From positions 41,192-105,191 of the IMG/VR virus record IMGVR_UViG_3300030433_002104: a DNA stretch of 64,000 bases; one strand, 5' to 3'. The stretch comes from a virus. Lineage: Duplodnaviria; Caudoviricetes. The notes beneath the pieces are model-generated. The model worked only from the letters and a program-made list of their open reading frames with translations, ran no database searches and was not told where the DNA came from. Both the position numbers and the translations under genes were made by a program. Within the stretch, counting starts at the first letter, position 1. Every line of letters begins with the position of its first letter. Of the stretch, positions 19,165 to 28,373 are shown piece after piece.

Positions 19165-19532
19165 AATGTACATATGACTACTGGGGTTTTGTATTAGAAG
19201 TAAGAAACCTGACGAGCAAAGCGTTCTTTGTAAAAAGCCACATAACTAAGGCAGAGCACTTTGACTTTATGTTAAAAAATTATCAAACTTATAGGATTTG
19301 TATTGACGACGAAGGAACACCTATGGGGTTTGTAGCGCATGTAGACAATGATATTAGAATAGCTACACATCCAAAATTTCAAAAGAGAGGCGTAGCTAAG
19401 TTTATGCTAACAGAATTTATGGCTGAGTTTCCAGAAGCTGTCGCCAAAGTAAAACACGATAATATTGCAAGCCTTAACCTTTTTGAGTCTTGCGGTTTTC
19501 AAGTAGATTATTATGGATTGAAAAAATGCTAA
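19152..19532 (+). CDS. GNAT N-acetyltransferase
   Basis: HPKFQKRGVAK (acetyl-CoA motif A) and NIASLNLFESCGF (motif B). Confidence 0.88.
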   Translation: MGLVECTYDYWGFVLEVRNLTSKAFFVKSHITKAEHFDFMLKNYQTYRICIDDEGTPMGFVAHVDNDIRIATHPKFQKRGVAKFMLTEFMAEFPEAVAKVKHDNIASLNLFESCGFQVDYYGLKKC

Positions 19533-20167
19533 GACACCCACATGAAATTGTAAAATGGTTTGAAGAAGAAGTTGCTCACTATACAGGCGCTAAGTACGCG
19601 GTCGCAGTAGATAACTGCACTAATGCAATACGTATGTGCTGTGAGTATTTACAGGTTAAAGAAGTTACTATACCTAGCAAAACTTATTTGTCAGTGCCGC
19701 AGTCTATTATACAGGCCGGCGGCAGAGTTAAGCTAGAAGAATTGGAATGGCAAGGCATATACCAACTTAAGCCATATCCAATTTATGACGCAGCTAAAAG
19801 GTTTACGTCAGAAATGTACATAGAAGGCACACTCATGTGTTTATCGTTTGGCATTAAAAAGAACCTTAAGCTGGGAAAGGGTGGAATGATTCTGACGGAC
19901 AATATTGATGCAGTTGAAGCCCTTAAAAAACTTAGGTGGTCAGGACGACACGAGTCTACGCCTATGCCCGAAGACGAAGTAAACGATATGGGTTACAATA
20001 GTTATATTACGCCAGAGTGGGCGGCCAGAGGCCTCATGTTGCTGAGTGTGTACCCAGAACACCACTCAGACCAACACGAAGAAGGCGGGTATCCTGATCT
20101 AGCTAGATATGGATTTATGAAAAAACACAGCAAAAATAACGGAATTGGTTTTAATGAAACAAGATAA
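19526..20167 (+). CDS. DegT/DnrJ/EryC1/StrS sugar aminotransferase (short form)
   Basis: FEEEVAHYTGAKYAVAVDNCTNA, YDAA, and CLSFGIKKNLKLGKGGMI (PLP lysine). Confidence 0.85.
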   Translation: MLRHPHEIVKWFEEEVAHYTGAKYAVAVDNCTNAIRMCCEYLQVKEVTIPSKTYLSVPQSIIQAGGRVKLEELEWQGIYQLKPYPIYDAAKRFTSEMYIEGTLMCLSFGIKKNLKLGKGGMILTDNIDAVEALKKLRWSGRHESTPMPEDEVNDMGYNSYITPEWAARGLMLLSVYPEHHSDQHEEGGYPDLARYGFMKKHSKNNGIGFNETR

Positions 20168-20888
20168 AAGAGTAGCTCTTTGTTTACACGGATATTTTGA
20201 TTCCCAGCAGGATGGAAACTCAAAAGGTCTAGACGGGTATCAACACTTACTTAATCGTGTTTACAGCAAATGCGATCCAGATGTATTCATCCACAGCTGG
20301 CAACCAGAACTGTCTCAACAAATAAACGACATATATAAACCAAAGGCTTTTGTATATCAGCCTCAGATAGACTTCATGCCATTTGCGAGAGAAAGAAATT
20401 TGTACTCGCTGCCTCAAGCGTGTCCGCCAATGAGACGCACGCCGGAAGTAATAATGTCACACTTCTATTCTGTACAGGAATCGTTCAAACTGTGTTACGG
20501 AACAGGAAAGGAATACGATATAATTATAAAAGCTAGATTTGACATCGGACGAATCAATAGAAATCCAGATTCAATTCCCGTGCAGTGTATCACGTTTGAC
20601 CCGACATTAGATATGTCAACTGTCAAAATGGCAGACTGGAACATGTTTGATCAAGGCCCAGCAGACATGTGGTTTTATGGAGACCAGAAAGTCATGTCAA
20701 GTTTCGCAGGGATATTTCACGACTTATACAATGAGTTTTATTTAGACAGTGAATTTCACAAGTGGGTTCAAGAAAAACCGTGCTTTAATGTTAATGACTT
20801 ATCAAACGCAGTTGCGTTTTACCACTGGTGGTTTAAAAAGCATAACCTGTGGGATACCAAAGATGCGTTAGAATGTGAGTTTGAATAA
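20154..20888 (+). CDS. Putative glycosyltransferase-like protein
   Basis: VALCLHG, DVFIHSW and YDIIIKARFD pattern common in glycan loci. Confidence 0.55.
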   Translation: MKQDKRVALCLHGYFDSQQDGNSKGLDGYQHLLNRVYSKCDPDVFIHSWQPELSQQINDIYKPKAFVYQPQIDFMPFARERNLYSLPQACPPMRRTPEVIMSHFYSVQESFKLCYGTGKEYDIIIKARFDIGRINRNPDSIPVQCITFDPTLDMSTVKMADWNMFDQGPADMWFYGDQKVMSSFAGIFHDLYNEFYLDSEFHKWVQEKPCFNVNDLSNAVAFYHWWFKKHNLWDTKDALECEFE

Positions 20889-21613
20889 TGGACGTAGCAG
20901 TATATTCACACATAGAGTACAGTGATTGTTGGCCAGCCTTCTTTGGCGAATTCAATAAGTATTGTACGGTAGACTTTGACAACAAGTATATATTTTCTAA
21001 CGAGCTAGATGGCTCAGAAGATAACAGCTTTCAACATATTGCATATAATGATAGCGAGGCTTACACGGATAGGCTTCTGTCCTGCCTTAAGCAGTTGGGT
21101 CGAGGCAAAGTTCTGTTCACACATGAAGACATGATACTATGCGATACAGTAGATGAAAATTATCTGAAAGAAGCTGAAGCGGCTGTAGGTGACGTAGATT
21201 TCGTAAAACTACTAAAAGGCGGTAGCCCAAAGGACACAAGGGAAGATATAAAATATAAATCAAGTAAAGTATTAAAATATTGTAGACACACATTTGATTA
21301 TGTATTCGCAATACAACCAACTATATGGAAAACAGAGAGACTAATAGAACTTCTAGAGAACAATCTAGGACAGAGTATATGGGAATTTGAGACGGTAGGG
21401 CAGGAATATTGTAGGAAAGCCAACTACAAAGGACTGTATTCATTCCACAGGGACGATGTTCAGCGTGGACATTTTCACTGGCACTCTACCGTCTACCCAT
21501 ATATTGCCACAGCAATTCATAAAGGAAAGTGGGTCACTAGCGAGTACCCCGCAGAGCTAAACAATTTGTTTACTGAATACAACATAAACCCTGAAATTAG
21601 AGGAACCACATAA
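20888..21613 (+). CDS. Putative GT-A glycosyltransferase-like protein
   Basis: YSDCWP, VLFTHED, QPTIWK, SIWEFE and KGKW motifs. Confidence 0.55.
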   Translation: MDVAVYSHIEYSDCWPAFFGEFNKYCTVDFDNKYIFSNELDGSEDNSFQHIAYNDSEAYTDRLLSCLKQLGRGKVLFTHEDMILCDTVDENYLKEAEAAVGDVDFVKLLKGGSPKDTREDIKYKSSKVLKYCRHTFDYVFAIQPTIWKTERLIELLENNLGQSIWEFETVGQEYCRKANYKGLYSFHRDDVQRGHFHWHSTVYPYIATAIHKGKWVTSEYPAELNNLFTEYNINPEIRGTT

Positions 21614-22314
21614 TGCCTAGAAGCTGGCTAAAAAATGACTACAGAAAGTCGTCAGAGTACAAAGAAAATCTCAAACACTTTTATGCTATGGGTACATCTA
21701 ATCATTCAGAACATAACAAGAACCCAGATTACTGGGACATATTAATAAGCGACCTGACAAGCTCACCAAACAGCTGGAGTAGAAAAGTATTTTTGGACTT
21801 TGGCTGTGGGAAAGGCAGAAACATTGTAAACGCAAAAAACCTTTGCAATTGGGATAAACTTATTGGAGTTGACATAAGCAGTGAAAATATAGAATACTGC
21901 AAAAATAATTTAGGTTATGCAGGTGTGGAATGGTATGAAAACGAAGGAGGTAATGTACCACTTTCGGATGAATCTGTTGACTTTGCTTTATCAACTATAG
22001 TTTTGCAGCATATATGCCAACATGATCTAAGGGTGCAGATAAAGAAAGAGATTTACAGAGTTTTGAAGAACGGAGGAGTTTTCTCATTTCAAATGGGATT
22101 TGATGGGAAAAACACTCATAGTAAAAACCACGCATATCACGCCAATTTTGCAGCCAAAGGTTCCAATGGACAAGATGATGTTGGCGTTGAAAACGAAGAA
22201 CAGCTAACACACGACCTAGAAAAGATTGGGTTTAAAAACATAGAGCACAAAATAAAAACTTCTTATTCAGACGATCAACACAAACACTGGATTTATACGA
22301 GGTGTGAAAAATGA
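21613..22314 (+). CDS. Class I SAM-dependent methyltransferase
   Basis: LDFGCGKGR, GVDIS, VLQHI, RVLKNGG. Confidence 0.9.
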   Translation: MPRSWLKNDYRKSSEYKENLKHFYAMGTSNHSEHNKNPDYWDILISDLTSSPNSWSRKVFLDFGCGKGRNIVNAKNLCNWDKLIGVDISSENIEYCKNNLGYAGVEWYENEGGNVPLSDESVDFALSTIVLQHICQHDLRVQIKKEIYRVLKNGGVFSFQMGFDGKNTHSKNHAYHANFAAKGSNGQDDVGVENEEQLTHDLEKIGFKNIEHKIKTSYSDDQHKHWIYTRCEK

Positions 22315-23687
22315 TTAAACTTGTAGTATTTGATCTAGATGGTGTTTTAGTAGATGCAAGGGACTTGCACTATGACGCTATGAATTTAGCACTTGCTGAT
22401 ATAGCGCCCGAATGTGTTATCAGCAGAGAAGAGCACCTATCTACCTACGACGGGCTACCAACCAAGAAAAAGCTGGGACTATTAACAGAACACAAAGGTT
22501 TGTCGCAGGACTTGTATAACGACATCTGGAAAGCGAAGCAAGCTAAAACAGTGCAGCTTATCAACAGTATGACCACTGACCATAGAATGGCACACACGTT
22601 GTCAGAACTGAAAAAGTCAGGATACAAAGTTTATGTCGGCTCTAACTCAGTTAAGCACACTATTAAAATGATGTTGCTACGTAGAGGGTTGATTGAATTT
22701 GTTGATGAAATATTTTCCAACCAAGACGTTAATCATCCAAAGCCGCATCCAGAGATATATTTAAGGTGCATGGTTCATGCTGGAGTATCTCCAAACGAAA
22801 CAATTATTATTGAAGACTCACATGTTGGCAGAAAAGCCGCTATGGACTCTGGTGGCAATCTGTTTGCAGTAAAGAATCCAGACGATGTTATATTGGAAGA
22901 TATAGTAGAAGAGATCAAAAAAATTGACAAAACACAAAAAGAAGTAAAGCCAAAATGGCAGGGTGGAAAAATGAATGTATTAATACCGATGGCTGGAGCT
23001 GGATCACGCTTTCAAAAGGCTGGATACACTTTCCCAAAACCGCTAATCGAAGTCAATGGCAAGCCCATGATTCAGGTGGTAGTAGAAAATATAAACGTAG
23101 ACGCAAAGCATATATTTGTAGTGCAGAAATCACACTATGAAAAGTACAACCTAAAAACCGTTTTAAATAACATTACTCCTGACTGTGAGATTGTTCAGGT
23201 AGACGGTGTTACTGAGGGAGCCGCTTGCACCACGTTGTTAGCAAAAGAGTTTATTAACAATGACCAGCCTCTACTAATGGCAAACTCAGACCAGTTTGTA
23301 GAATGGGATTCAAATGAGTTCATGTACTCAATGGTGGGAGATAACATAGATGGTGGCATGTTAACCTTTAGGTCAAACCATCCAAAGTGGAGTTACGCAA
23401 AGTTGAACGATGACGGCTTTGTGACAGAAGTCCAAGAAAAGAATCCAATCAGTGACATTGCAACCGTTGGAATCTATTACTGGGCTAAGGGGTCTGACTA
23501 TGTTAGGTATGCAGAGCAGATGATAGACAACGACATTCGTGTTAATAATGAATTTTATGTATGTCCGGTTTTTAATGAAGCCATCGCTGATAATAAAAAA
23601 TTAAAGATATTTGACATCGAAAAAATGTGGGGCTTGGGAACTCCAGAGGACTTAAACTATTTTTTGGAGAACAAGAACGATGCATAA
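22311..23687 (+). CDS. Fusion of HAD phosphatase and sugar nucleotidyltransferase (GT2_BcE-like)
   Basis: FDLDGVLVD, PKPHPEIY and IEDS, then LIPMAGAGSRF...PKPLIEV, EGAACT, NSDQ, EFYV and GLGTPEDL. Confidence 0.9.
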   Translation: MIKLVVFDLDGVLVDARDLHYDAMNLALADIAPECVISREEHLSTYDGLPTKKKLGLLTEHKGLSQDLYNDIWKAKQAKTVQLINSMTTDHRMAHTLSELKKSGYKVYVGSNSVKHTIKMMLLRRGLIEFVDEIFSNQDVNHPKPHPEIYLRCMVHAGVSPNETIIIEDSHVGRKAAMDSGGNLFAVKNPDDVILEDIVEEIKKIDKTQKEVKPKWQGGKMNVLIPMAGAGSRFQKAGYTFPKPLIEVNGKPMIQVVVENINVDAKHIFVVQKSHYEKYNLKTVLNNITPDCEIVQVDGVTEGAACTTLLAKEFINNDQPLLMANSDQFVEWDSNEFMYSMVGDNIDGGMLTFRSNHPKWSYAKLNDDGFVTEVQEKNPISDIATVGIYYWAKGSDYVRYAEQMIDNDIRVNNEFYVCPVFNEAIADNKKLKIFDIEKMWGLGTPEDLNYFLENKNDA

Positions 23688-24447
23688 GTTTAAGTTATAC
23701 ATAGTAACATACAATCATGAAGAGGCTCTGGACAGATGTTTAAAGTCCATTAGTAATAGTGATATACATTTATATAGTAACGAAATTAATATTATAAACA
23801 ATTATGGAAGATTGAAAATTCCAAACACTTATGGCCTAGAGGTCAACATATTAGATAATGTTCTTAGGCCAGACCACTCCACCGGACATCTTGGCAGGAA
23901 CTGGAACCAAGCAATCATAAATGGTTTTGGAGATTTGAGAAATCCACAATGTGAGTTTGTAGTATGCCTTCAGGTAGACACAGAAGTGCTGCCGGAATGT
24001 TTCTCTAGGTTAGAAAGGTATCATTCAGAAGGCTACGAATATATACAAGAAGGAAGGGGAGACCAGTTTATGAGTTGGTCGCCAAAAGGAGTGGTTGAGA
24101 TTGGGCTTTTTGACGAAAGAATATGTGGAATAGGATTTCAAGAAGGAGAATATTTTAGTAGGGCTAAGAAGTTTCTTAGTGCTGGTACGTCGTTAAATGA
24201 TAGAGGGCACAACATGTTTCACAATGCTATACCCGAAAAACTGGTCGCAGACTATGGTGACAGCATATGTGTTGGCTTGTTTCACCCTTTATATCAGGCT
24301 TTACAGCAGAACTCAATAAACGGCGGAAGTAGGTATTTTATGTACCCATTTTTTGAAAAGGACTTAAGTGAAAATCTAATGAGAGACTTGGGGTATGTGG
24401 GCTGGCAAGAGCTGACCAAACATAGAGACAAAACTTTTTTAAAATAG
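23680..24447 (+). CDS. GT-A glycosyltransferase (GT2-like)
   Basis: IVTYN, LGRNWNQAI, LQVD and IGLFDER motifs. Confidence 0.75.
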   Translation: MHKFKLYIVTYNHEEALDRCLKSISNSDIHLYSNEINIINNYGRLKIPNTYGLEVNILDNVLRPDHSTGHLGRNWNQAIINGFGDLRNPQCEFVVCLQVDTEVLPECFSRLERYHSEGYEYIQEGRGDQFMSWSPKGVVEIGLFDERICGIGFQEGEYFSRAKKFLSAGTSLNDRGHNMFHNAIPEKLVADYGDSICVGLFHPLYQALQQNSINGGSRYFMYPFFEKDLSENLMRDLGYVGWQELTKHRDKTFLK

Positions 24448-24472
24448 CATACACATAAATGGAGAGTCATAA

Positions 24473-24790
24473 ATGACTAAAAACCTAAAGGACATGATTG
24501 GCGGATGGTTTATCGGAGACTTTGAACCAACCGCATGGAGGACGGCGGGACTTGAAGTGGCCGTTAAAGAGTACAAGGCTGGAGACAAAGAGCCAAAACA
24601 TTTACATAAAATAGCAATAGAGTTTACGGTAATAGTAAGAGGCAAAGTTGTAATGAACGGCGTTGAGTACGGGGAAGGAGACATTATTCGTATTGACGCA
24701 GGAAAAGCTACAGACTTTGAAGCCTTAGAAGATACAATCACAGTAGTAGTCAAAAAACCATCCGTAAAAGGAGATAAATATCTAGTATGA
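24473..24790 (+). CDS. Cupin-fold protein of sugar-modification loci
   Basis: GWFIGDFEP and HLHKIAIE metal motif; RBS GGAG. Confidence 0.7.
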   Translation: MTKNLKDMIGGWFIGDFEPTAWRTAGLEVAVKEYKAGDKEPKHLHKIAIEFTVIVRGKVVMNGVEYGEGDIIRIDAGKATDFEALEDTITVVVKKPSVKGDKYLV

Positions 24791-25218
24791 AAATTATATC
24801 ACATAGAGGAAATTTAGACGGGCCACAGGAACAGGACAATGTTATAAGTGAGCTCGAAAGAGTCTCTAAAGACATGCTTGTCGAAGTTGACGTGTGGCAC
24901 ATGGAGCATGGTTGGTATCTTGGTCACGACGGGCCAGAAAGAGCCATCTCATTTGATTTTATTACAAACCCAAACTTTATTTTACACGCCAAGAATTTAG
25001 ACGCTTTGTATAAACTGACAGGCACAAACCTACATTATTTTTGGCATCAAGAAGACGATTTTACACTAACATCTAAACAAATTATATGGACTTATCCTAA
25101 AAAAGAAGTCACCAATCGCTCTATCATTGTCTGCCAGACATTGGAAGAAGTAGAGGAATATAAGACTAAAGACATTTGGGGTATTTGCACAGACTATGTA
25201 AAGGACGCACAGCGATGA
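24787..25218 (+). CDS. Glycerophosphodiester phosphodiesterase/PLC-like protein
   Basis: IISHRGN, VEVDVW, LGHD, HAKN, GICTDY. Confidence 0.75.
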   Translation: MKIISHRGNLDGPQEQDNVISELERVSKDMLVEVDVWHMEHGWYLGHDGPERAISFDFITNPNFILHAKNLDALYKLTGTNLHYFWHQEDDFTLTSKQIIWTYPKKEVTNRSIIVCQTLEEVEEYKTKDIWGICTDYVKDAQR

Positions 25219-25661
25219 ATATAGGCATTTATTTTAATAATACATCAGAATCAGAACCGTTATACAAAGCGCTACAGAGCGTAAATGAGGGCCTCTCAGA
25301 GGGTACTCTTAGGGACGCAAGTATATTTTATGACGACTCTGGCCCAAATAGCATACCGTCAAAATGTGGTTTCTTTGACGCTGTAGAACTATGGCATTTT
25401 ACAGGGGATTTAATAACCACTTCTTTAAGTACTACCAACAAGGTTCGCAATATTGTGAATAAGTTTGATACTGTATTTTACTACGGATGGTATGACGAAA
25501 GAGATCCACTAGAATTAATCAAAGTAGCTAACGACAAAAACGTTAAAGTTGTGTGCAATAGCCAGACTAGTAAAAACCAATTTACTAGACTTACTGGTCA
25601 AGAGCCAGACGCTGTAGTACAAGACTTTGACCTAGAAAAAATCATAGAGGTGAAAAAATGA
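25215..25661 (+). CDS. Hypothetical protein (possible GT-B N-terminal-like domain)
   Basis: ATGA overlap at 25215; intact ORF with Rossmann-like pattern. Confidence 0.5.
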   Translation: MNIGIYFNNTSESEPLYKALQSVNEGLSEGTLRDASIFYDDSGPNSIPSKCGFFDAVELWHFTGDLITTSLSTTNKVRNIVNKFDTVFYYGWYDERDPLELIKVANDKNVKVVCNSQTSKNQFTRLTGQEPDAVVQDFDLEKIIEVKK

Positions 25662-26425
25662 ACGAGACAAAAATTGTCGAACTGTATGAGTCTGGAGAAT
25701 ATAGTACTTATCAAATAGCTGAGAAGTACAAGACCTATCCAAATAAAATTAGACGTATACTTGTCAAGCACGGCGTACAGATGAAGTCTAAAAGTCAGGC
25801 GCAGAAGTCTGCCCTTGCCAACGGGAGGGCCAAACACCCAACTAAAGGAACTGTTAGAAGCAAGGAAGACCGCCTTAAGATTAGTGCTACAGTGAAAAAA
25901 TACTGGAGCAACATGAGTAAAGAGGAGTACGAGCACAGATGTAAAGAAGCACAGACTCGCTGGTATAGTATGCCAGAAGAGCAACGTGCAGAAATTACCG
26001 CACTTGCTATAGAAGCTGTTAGGAAAGCCGGCAAGGAAGGTTCAAAGATGGAAAAGTTCCTTCTAGAAGAGCTTACTAATCTAGGGTATAGAGTAGAATT
26101 TCACAAAAAAGATCTAATTCCCAATGAAAAATTAGAAATAGATTTGTATATTCCTGCTCTTAAGACTATAATAGAGATAGACGGGCCTTCTCACTTTCTG
26201 CCCATTTGGGGTGAAGAGAAACTCCAGAAGCAAATCAAGGCAGACGACCAGAAGACAGGTCTAGTATTGAGTAAAGGATTCGTGGTTCTTCGTATTAAAA
26301 ATATGCTTGACCACGTTACACTTGCAGCAAAGAATAAAATGATTACTAGTGTCGTTGCCAAGTTAAACGATATTAATAATAAATTCCCAAGGAAGTCAAA
26401 GAGGTTTATTGAGATAGAATTATGA
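25658..26425 (+). CDS. Homing-type endonuclease: HTH plus NUMOD3-like plus DUF559/Vsr-like nuclease
   Basis: LYESGEYSTYQIAEKY (HTH), KGTVRSKEDRLKIS (NUMOD3-like), SKMEK...EIDLYIP..IIEIDGPSH. Confidence 0.75.
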   Translation: MNETKIVELYESGEYSTYQIAEKYKTYPNKIRRILVKHGVQMKSKSQAQKSALANGRAKHPTKGTVRSKEDRLKISATVKKYWSNMSKEEYEHRCKEAQTRWYSMPEEQRAEITALAIEAVRKAGKEGSKMEKFLLEELTNLGYRVEFHKKDLIPNEKLEIDLYIPALKTIIEIDGPSHFLPIWGEEKLQKQIKADDQKTGLVLSKGFVVLRIKNMLDHVTLAAKNKMITSVVAKLNDINNKFPRKSKRFIEIEL

Positions 26426-27192
26426 CAAAGGAACAAGAAATGCAAGATATGTTATTTGAAACTGTAGAGTTGGAAACACCATCTAATACGGATACTTCTG
26501 TTACTGATGTTATTGCGTCAGATGCTCCAGCAATGACCGATCCTGAATGGAACGATTATGTGATGGGCATGTTTACAGACAAAGAGATGTATAATGGCAA
26601 CCCTCTAGTAAACGGATTACGACGTGTGGCCGAAGTTGTTTTAGGGCCAATCGTTTATAGTGGGCCAACTCAGGTTTTCCCACCTCAGCGAGACGACCAT
26701 CATGGACGTGCAACTGTGGTGTTTACTGTTGAGTTCCAAAATGGAATGAGATTTTCTGAAGTGGCAGATTGTTGGGAGGGCAACACGGACGATATGTTCT
26801 GTGCTTATGCAATCGCAACAGCCAGCACTCGCGCTGAAGGTAGAGCACTACGTAAAGCGTTGCGAATTAAAGCTGTAGCCGCAGAAGAGATGACTAAGAA
26901 AGATACAGCAAAGATTGTGCGTGAGCTCTCTGCTAAGAAAGAAAGCTCAGACGGTGGATATGACGACTCAAGCCGTATGTCTGATGCACAATCCAACTTT
27001 ATTGATGTAAAGTGTCGTCAACTAAATGTTAACGGTACTACCCTACTTGCTAGTGTGTTCAATGTCAGCAGCAGTCGCAAAATATCTAAAAAGGTTGCTA
27101 GCGACATTATTGATAGACTCAATACATACCAGCAAGATAAGAGTAGTATCCCTGAAGAAGTAATTGGCTATATAGAGGAGTGGCGTGAATAA
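26422..27192 (+). CDS. Putative single-strand annealing protein (Rad52/Sak-like)
   Basis: GLRRVAE, ATVVFTV, EVADC and ATASTRAEGRALRKAL..VAAEEM pattern. Confidence 0.55.
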   Translation: MTKEQEMQDMLFETVELETPSNTDTSVTDVIASDAPAMTDPEWNDYVMGMFTDKEMYNGNPLVNGLRRVAEVVLGPIVYSGPTQVFPPQRDDHHGRATVVFTVEFQNGMRFSEVADCWEGNTDDMFCAYAIATASTRAEGRALRKALRIKAVAAEEMTKKDTAKIVRELSAKKESSDGGYDDSSRMSDAQSNFIDVKCRQLNVNGTTLLASVFNVSSSRKISKKVASDIIDRLNTYQQDKSSIPEEVIGYIEEWRE

Positions 27193-27527
27193 TGAAAATT
27201 ACATACACCACAAACAACAAGCGCATTAGCGCTGAAATTGAAGGTGACTCTCACAGAGACATCTTTGAACAAATCAGTAAGTTCCAAGAAGTATTTGAAC
27301 AGAACGTCTGTGGCAAATGTGGATCGGACAATATTAAATTTGTAGTACGAACTGTCGATGACAATCAGTATTACGAACTACGATGTGCTGACTGTGGAGC
27401 GAGACTCTCGTTCGGAGCAAACAAGAAAGGTGGTGGTCTATTTCCAAAGCGTAAGGATAGCGATGGTAATTGGCTCCCTGATTCTGGGTGGGTCAAATGG
27501 AACCCCAAAACTGAGAAGAACGAATAG
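27192..27527 (+). CDS. Zinc-ribbon protein
   Basis: CGKC and CADC pairs, LSFG...LFPKRKD...GWVKW; TAATG-coupled to the upstream gene. Confidence 0.6.
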   Translation: MKITYTTNNKRISAEIEGDSHRDIFEQISKFQEVFEQNVCGKCGSDNIKFVVRTVDDNQYYELRCADCGARLSFGANKKGGGLFPKRKDSDGNWLPDSGWVKWNPKTEKNE

Positions 27528-27535
27528 TTTCAAAA

Positions 27536-27555
27536 GGAGCGCCGCAAGGCGCTTC
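27536..27555. terminator. GC-rich hairpin with GCAA tetraloop
   Basis: GGAGCGCC-GCAA-GGCGCTTC just after the last + strand gene. Confidence 0.55.
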
Positions 27556-27572
27556 TACTCCACAAAATAAAG

Positions 27573-27603
27573 AAAGCCCCAATCCGCGAGGAAAGGGGCT
27601 TTT
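27573..27603. terminator. Bidirectional rho-independent terminator
   Basis: AAAGCCCC-aa-TCC-GCGA-GGA-aa-GGGGCTTTT between convergent gene blocks; A-tract on the left, T-tract on the right. Confidence 0.75.
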
Positions 27604-27624
27604 AATCTTTAATCAGGTTTTTAA

Positions 27625-28347
27625 TTATAGGTACTCTACAGTAAAGTAAAGTCCAAAATTAGTCTTGCTCCCTATGGAGTGAGGGGAAGCACTGATAGCA
27701 ACATACCAATCATGTCGTGTGCTCTCGTGAGCACTACCAGCTGTGGTGGTATAACCTTTAGCAGTGTCAGTATCGGTGCTATTAGTATTCAACCCACTCA
27801 TTCCGGGAGATGATGTGAATGTCATATCAGCAGGTGTGGCACTGTCTTCAGAATCAAACTCAACCCAAGTATTGTCAGCTCTACCTCTAAAATTGAGATT
27901 GCTAACACTTTGGAGTGCTGAAGGATGTCTAACCTCATATACCATAGTAGAAACCTCACTAGCATGGGTGTTAATGTCGTTTCTATCAAAGATTCTCAAC
28001 TTACAGTTCTGCACTTTTACAGCTGTAGTATGAGTAAATCTAACGTTTAATGGAGCAAGATAGTTTGGCAAGTTTGCCAAGTCTGCTATAGAAGCTCCAT
28101 CAGCCAAGACTCCAGAAGTACCTTTATCGTACTTATTGTTGTGCAACTGAATATAATCAGTGGCTGTACCATCAGAGTTCGTGGTAAAAGTAGTATCTTG
28201 GAAAGTGTCTACAGGTACAGAAATACCGTATCCACCCCCATAAAAACCAAGGCCAGAACCAGCCGTGTGGTTTATTTTTACATATCCAGCGTCACCACTA
28301 GTGCTCGTAGCGGTAACGTTATTCGCATAAAAGTTAATTTCAGCCAT
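27625..28347 (-). CDS. Putative virion structural protein
   Basis: Beta-rich S/T/G composition, last gene of the structural block, own promoter motif and RBS AGGAG. Confidence 0.6.
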   Translation of the reverse strand: MAEINFYANNVTATSTSGDAGYVKINHTAGSGLGFYGGGYGISVPVDTFQDTTFTTNSDGTATDYIQLHNNKYDKGTSGVLADGASIADLANLPNYLAPLNVRFTHTTAVKVQNCKLRIFDRNDINTHASEVSTMVYEVRHPSALQSVSNLNFRGRADNTWVEFDSEDSATPADMTFTSSPGMSGLNTNSTDTDTAKGYTTTAGSAHESTRHDWYVAISASPHSIGSKTNFGLYFTVEYL

Positions 28348-28373
28348 TTTTTTACTCCTGATTAAAGACTGTA

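Noticed and set aside
8316-25661. Bacterial O-antigen/capsule locus (host chromosome or prophage cargo)
   Set aside because: No wzx/wzy/ABC exporter or initiating phosphoglycosyl transferase; embedded between phage replication and recombination genes with continuous gene overlaps
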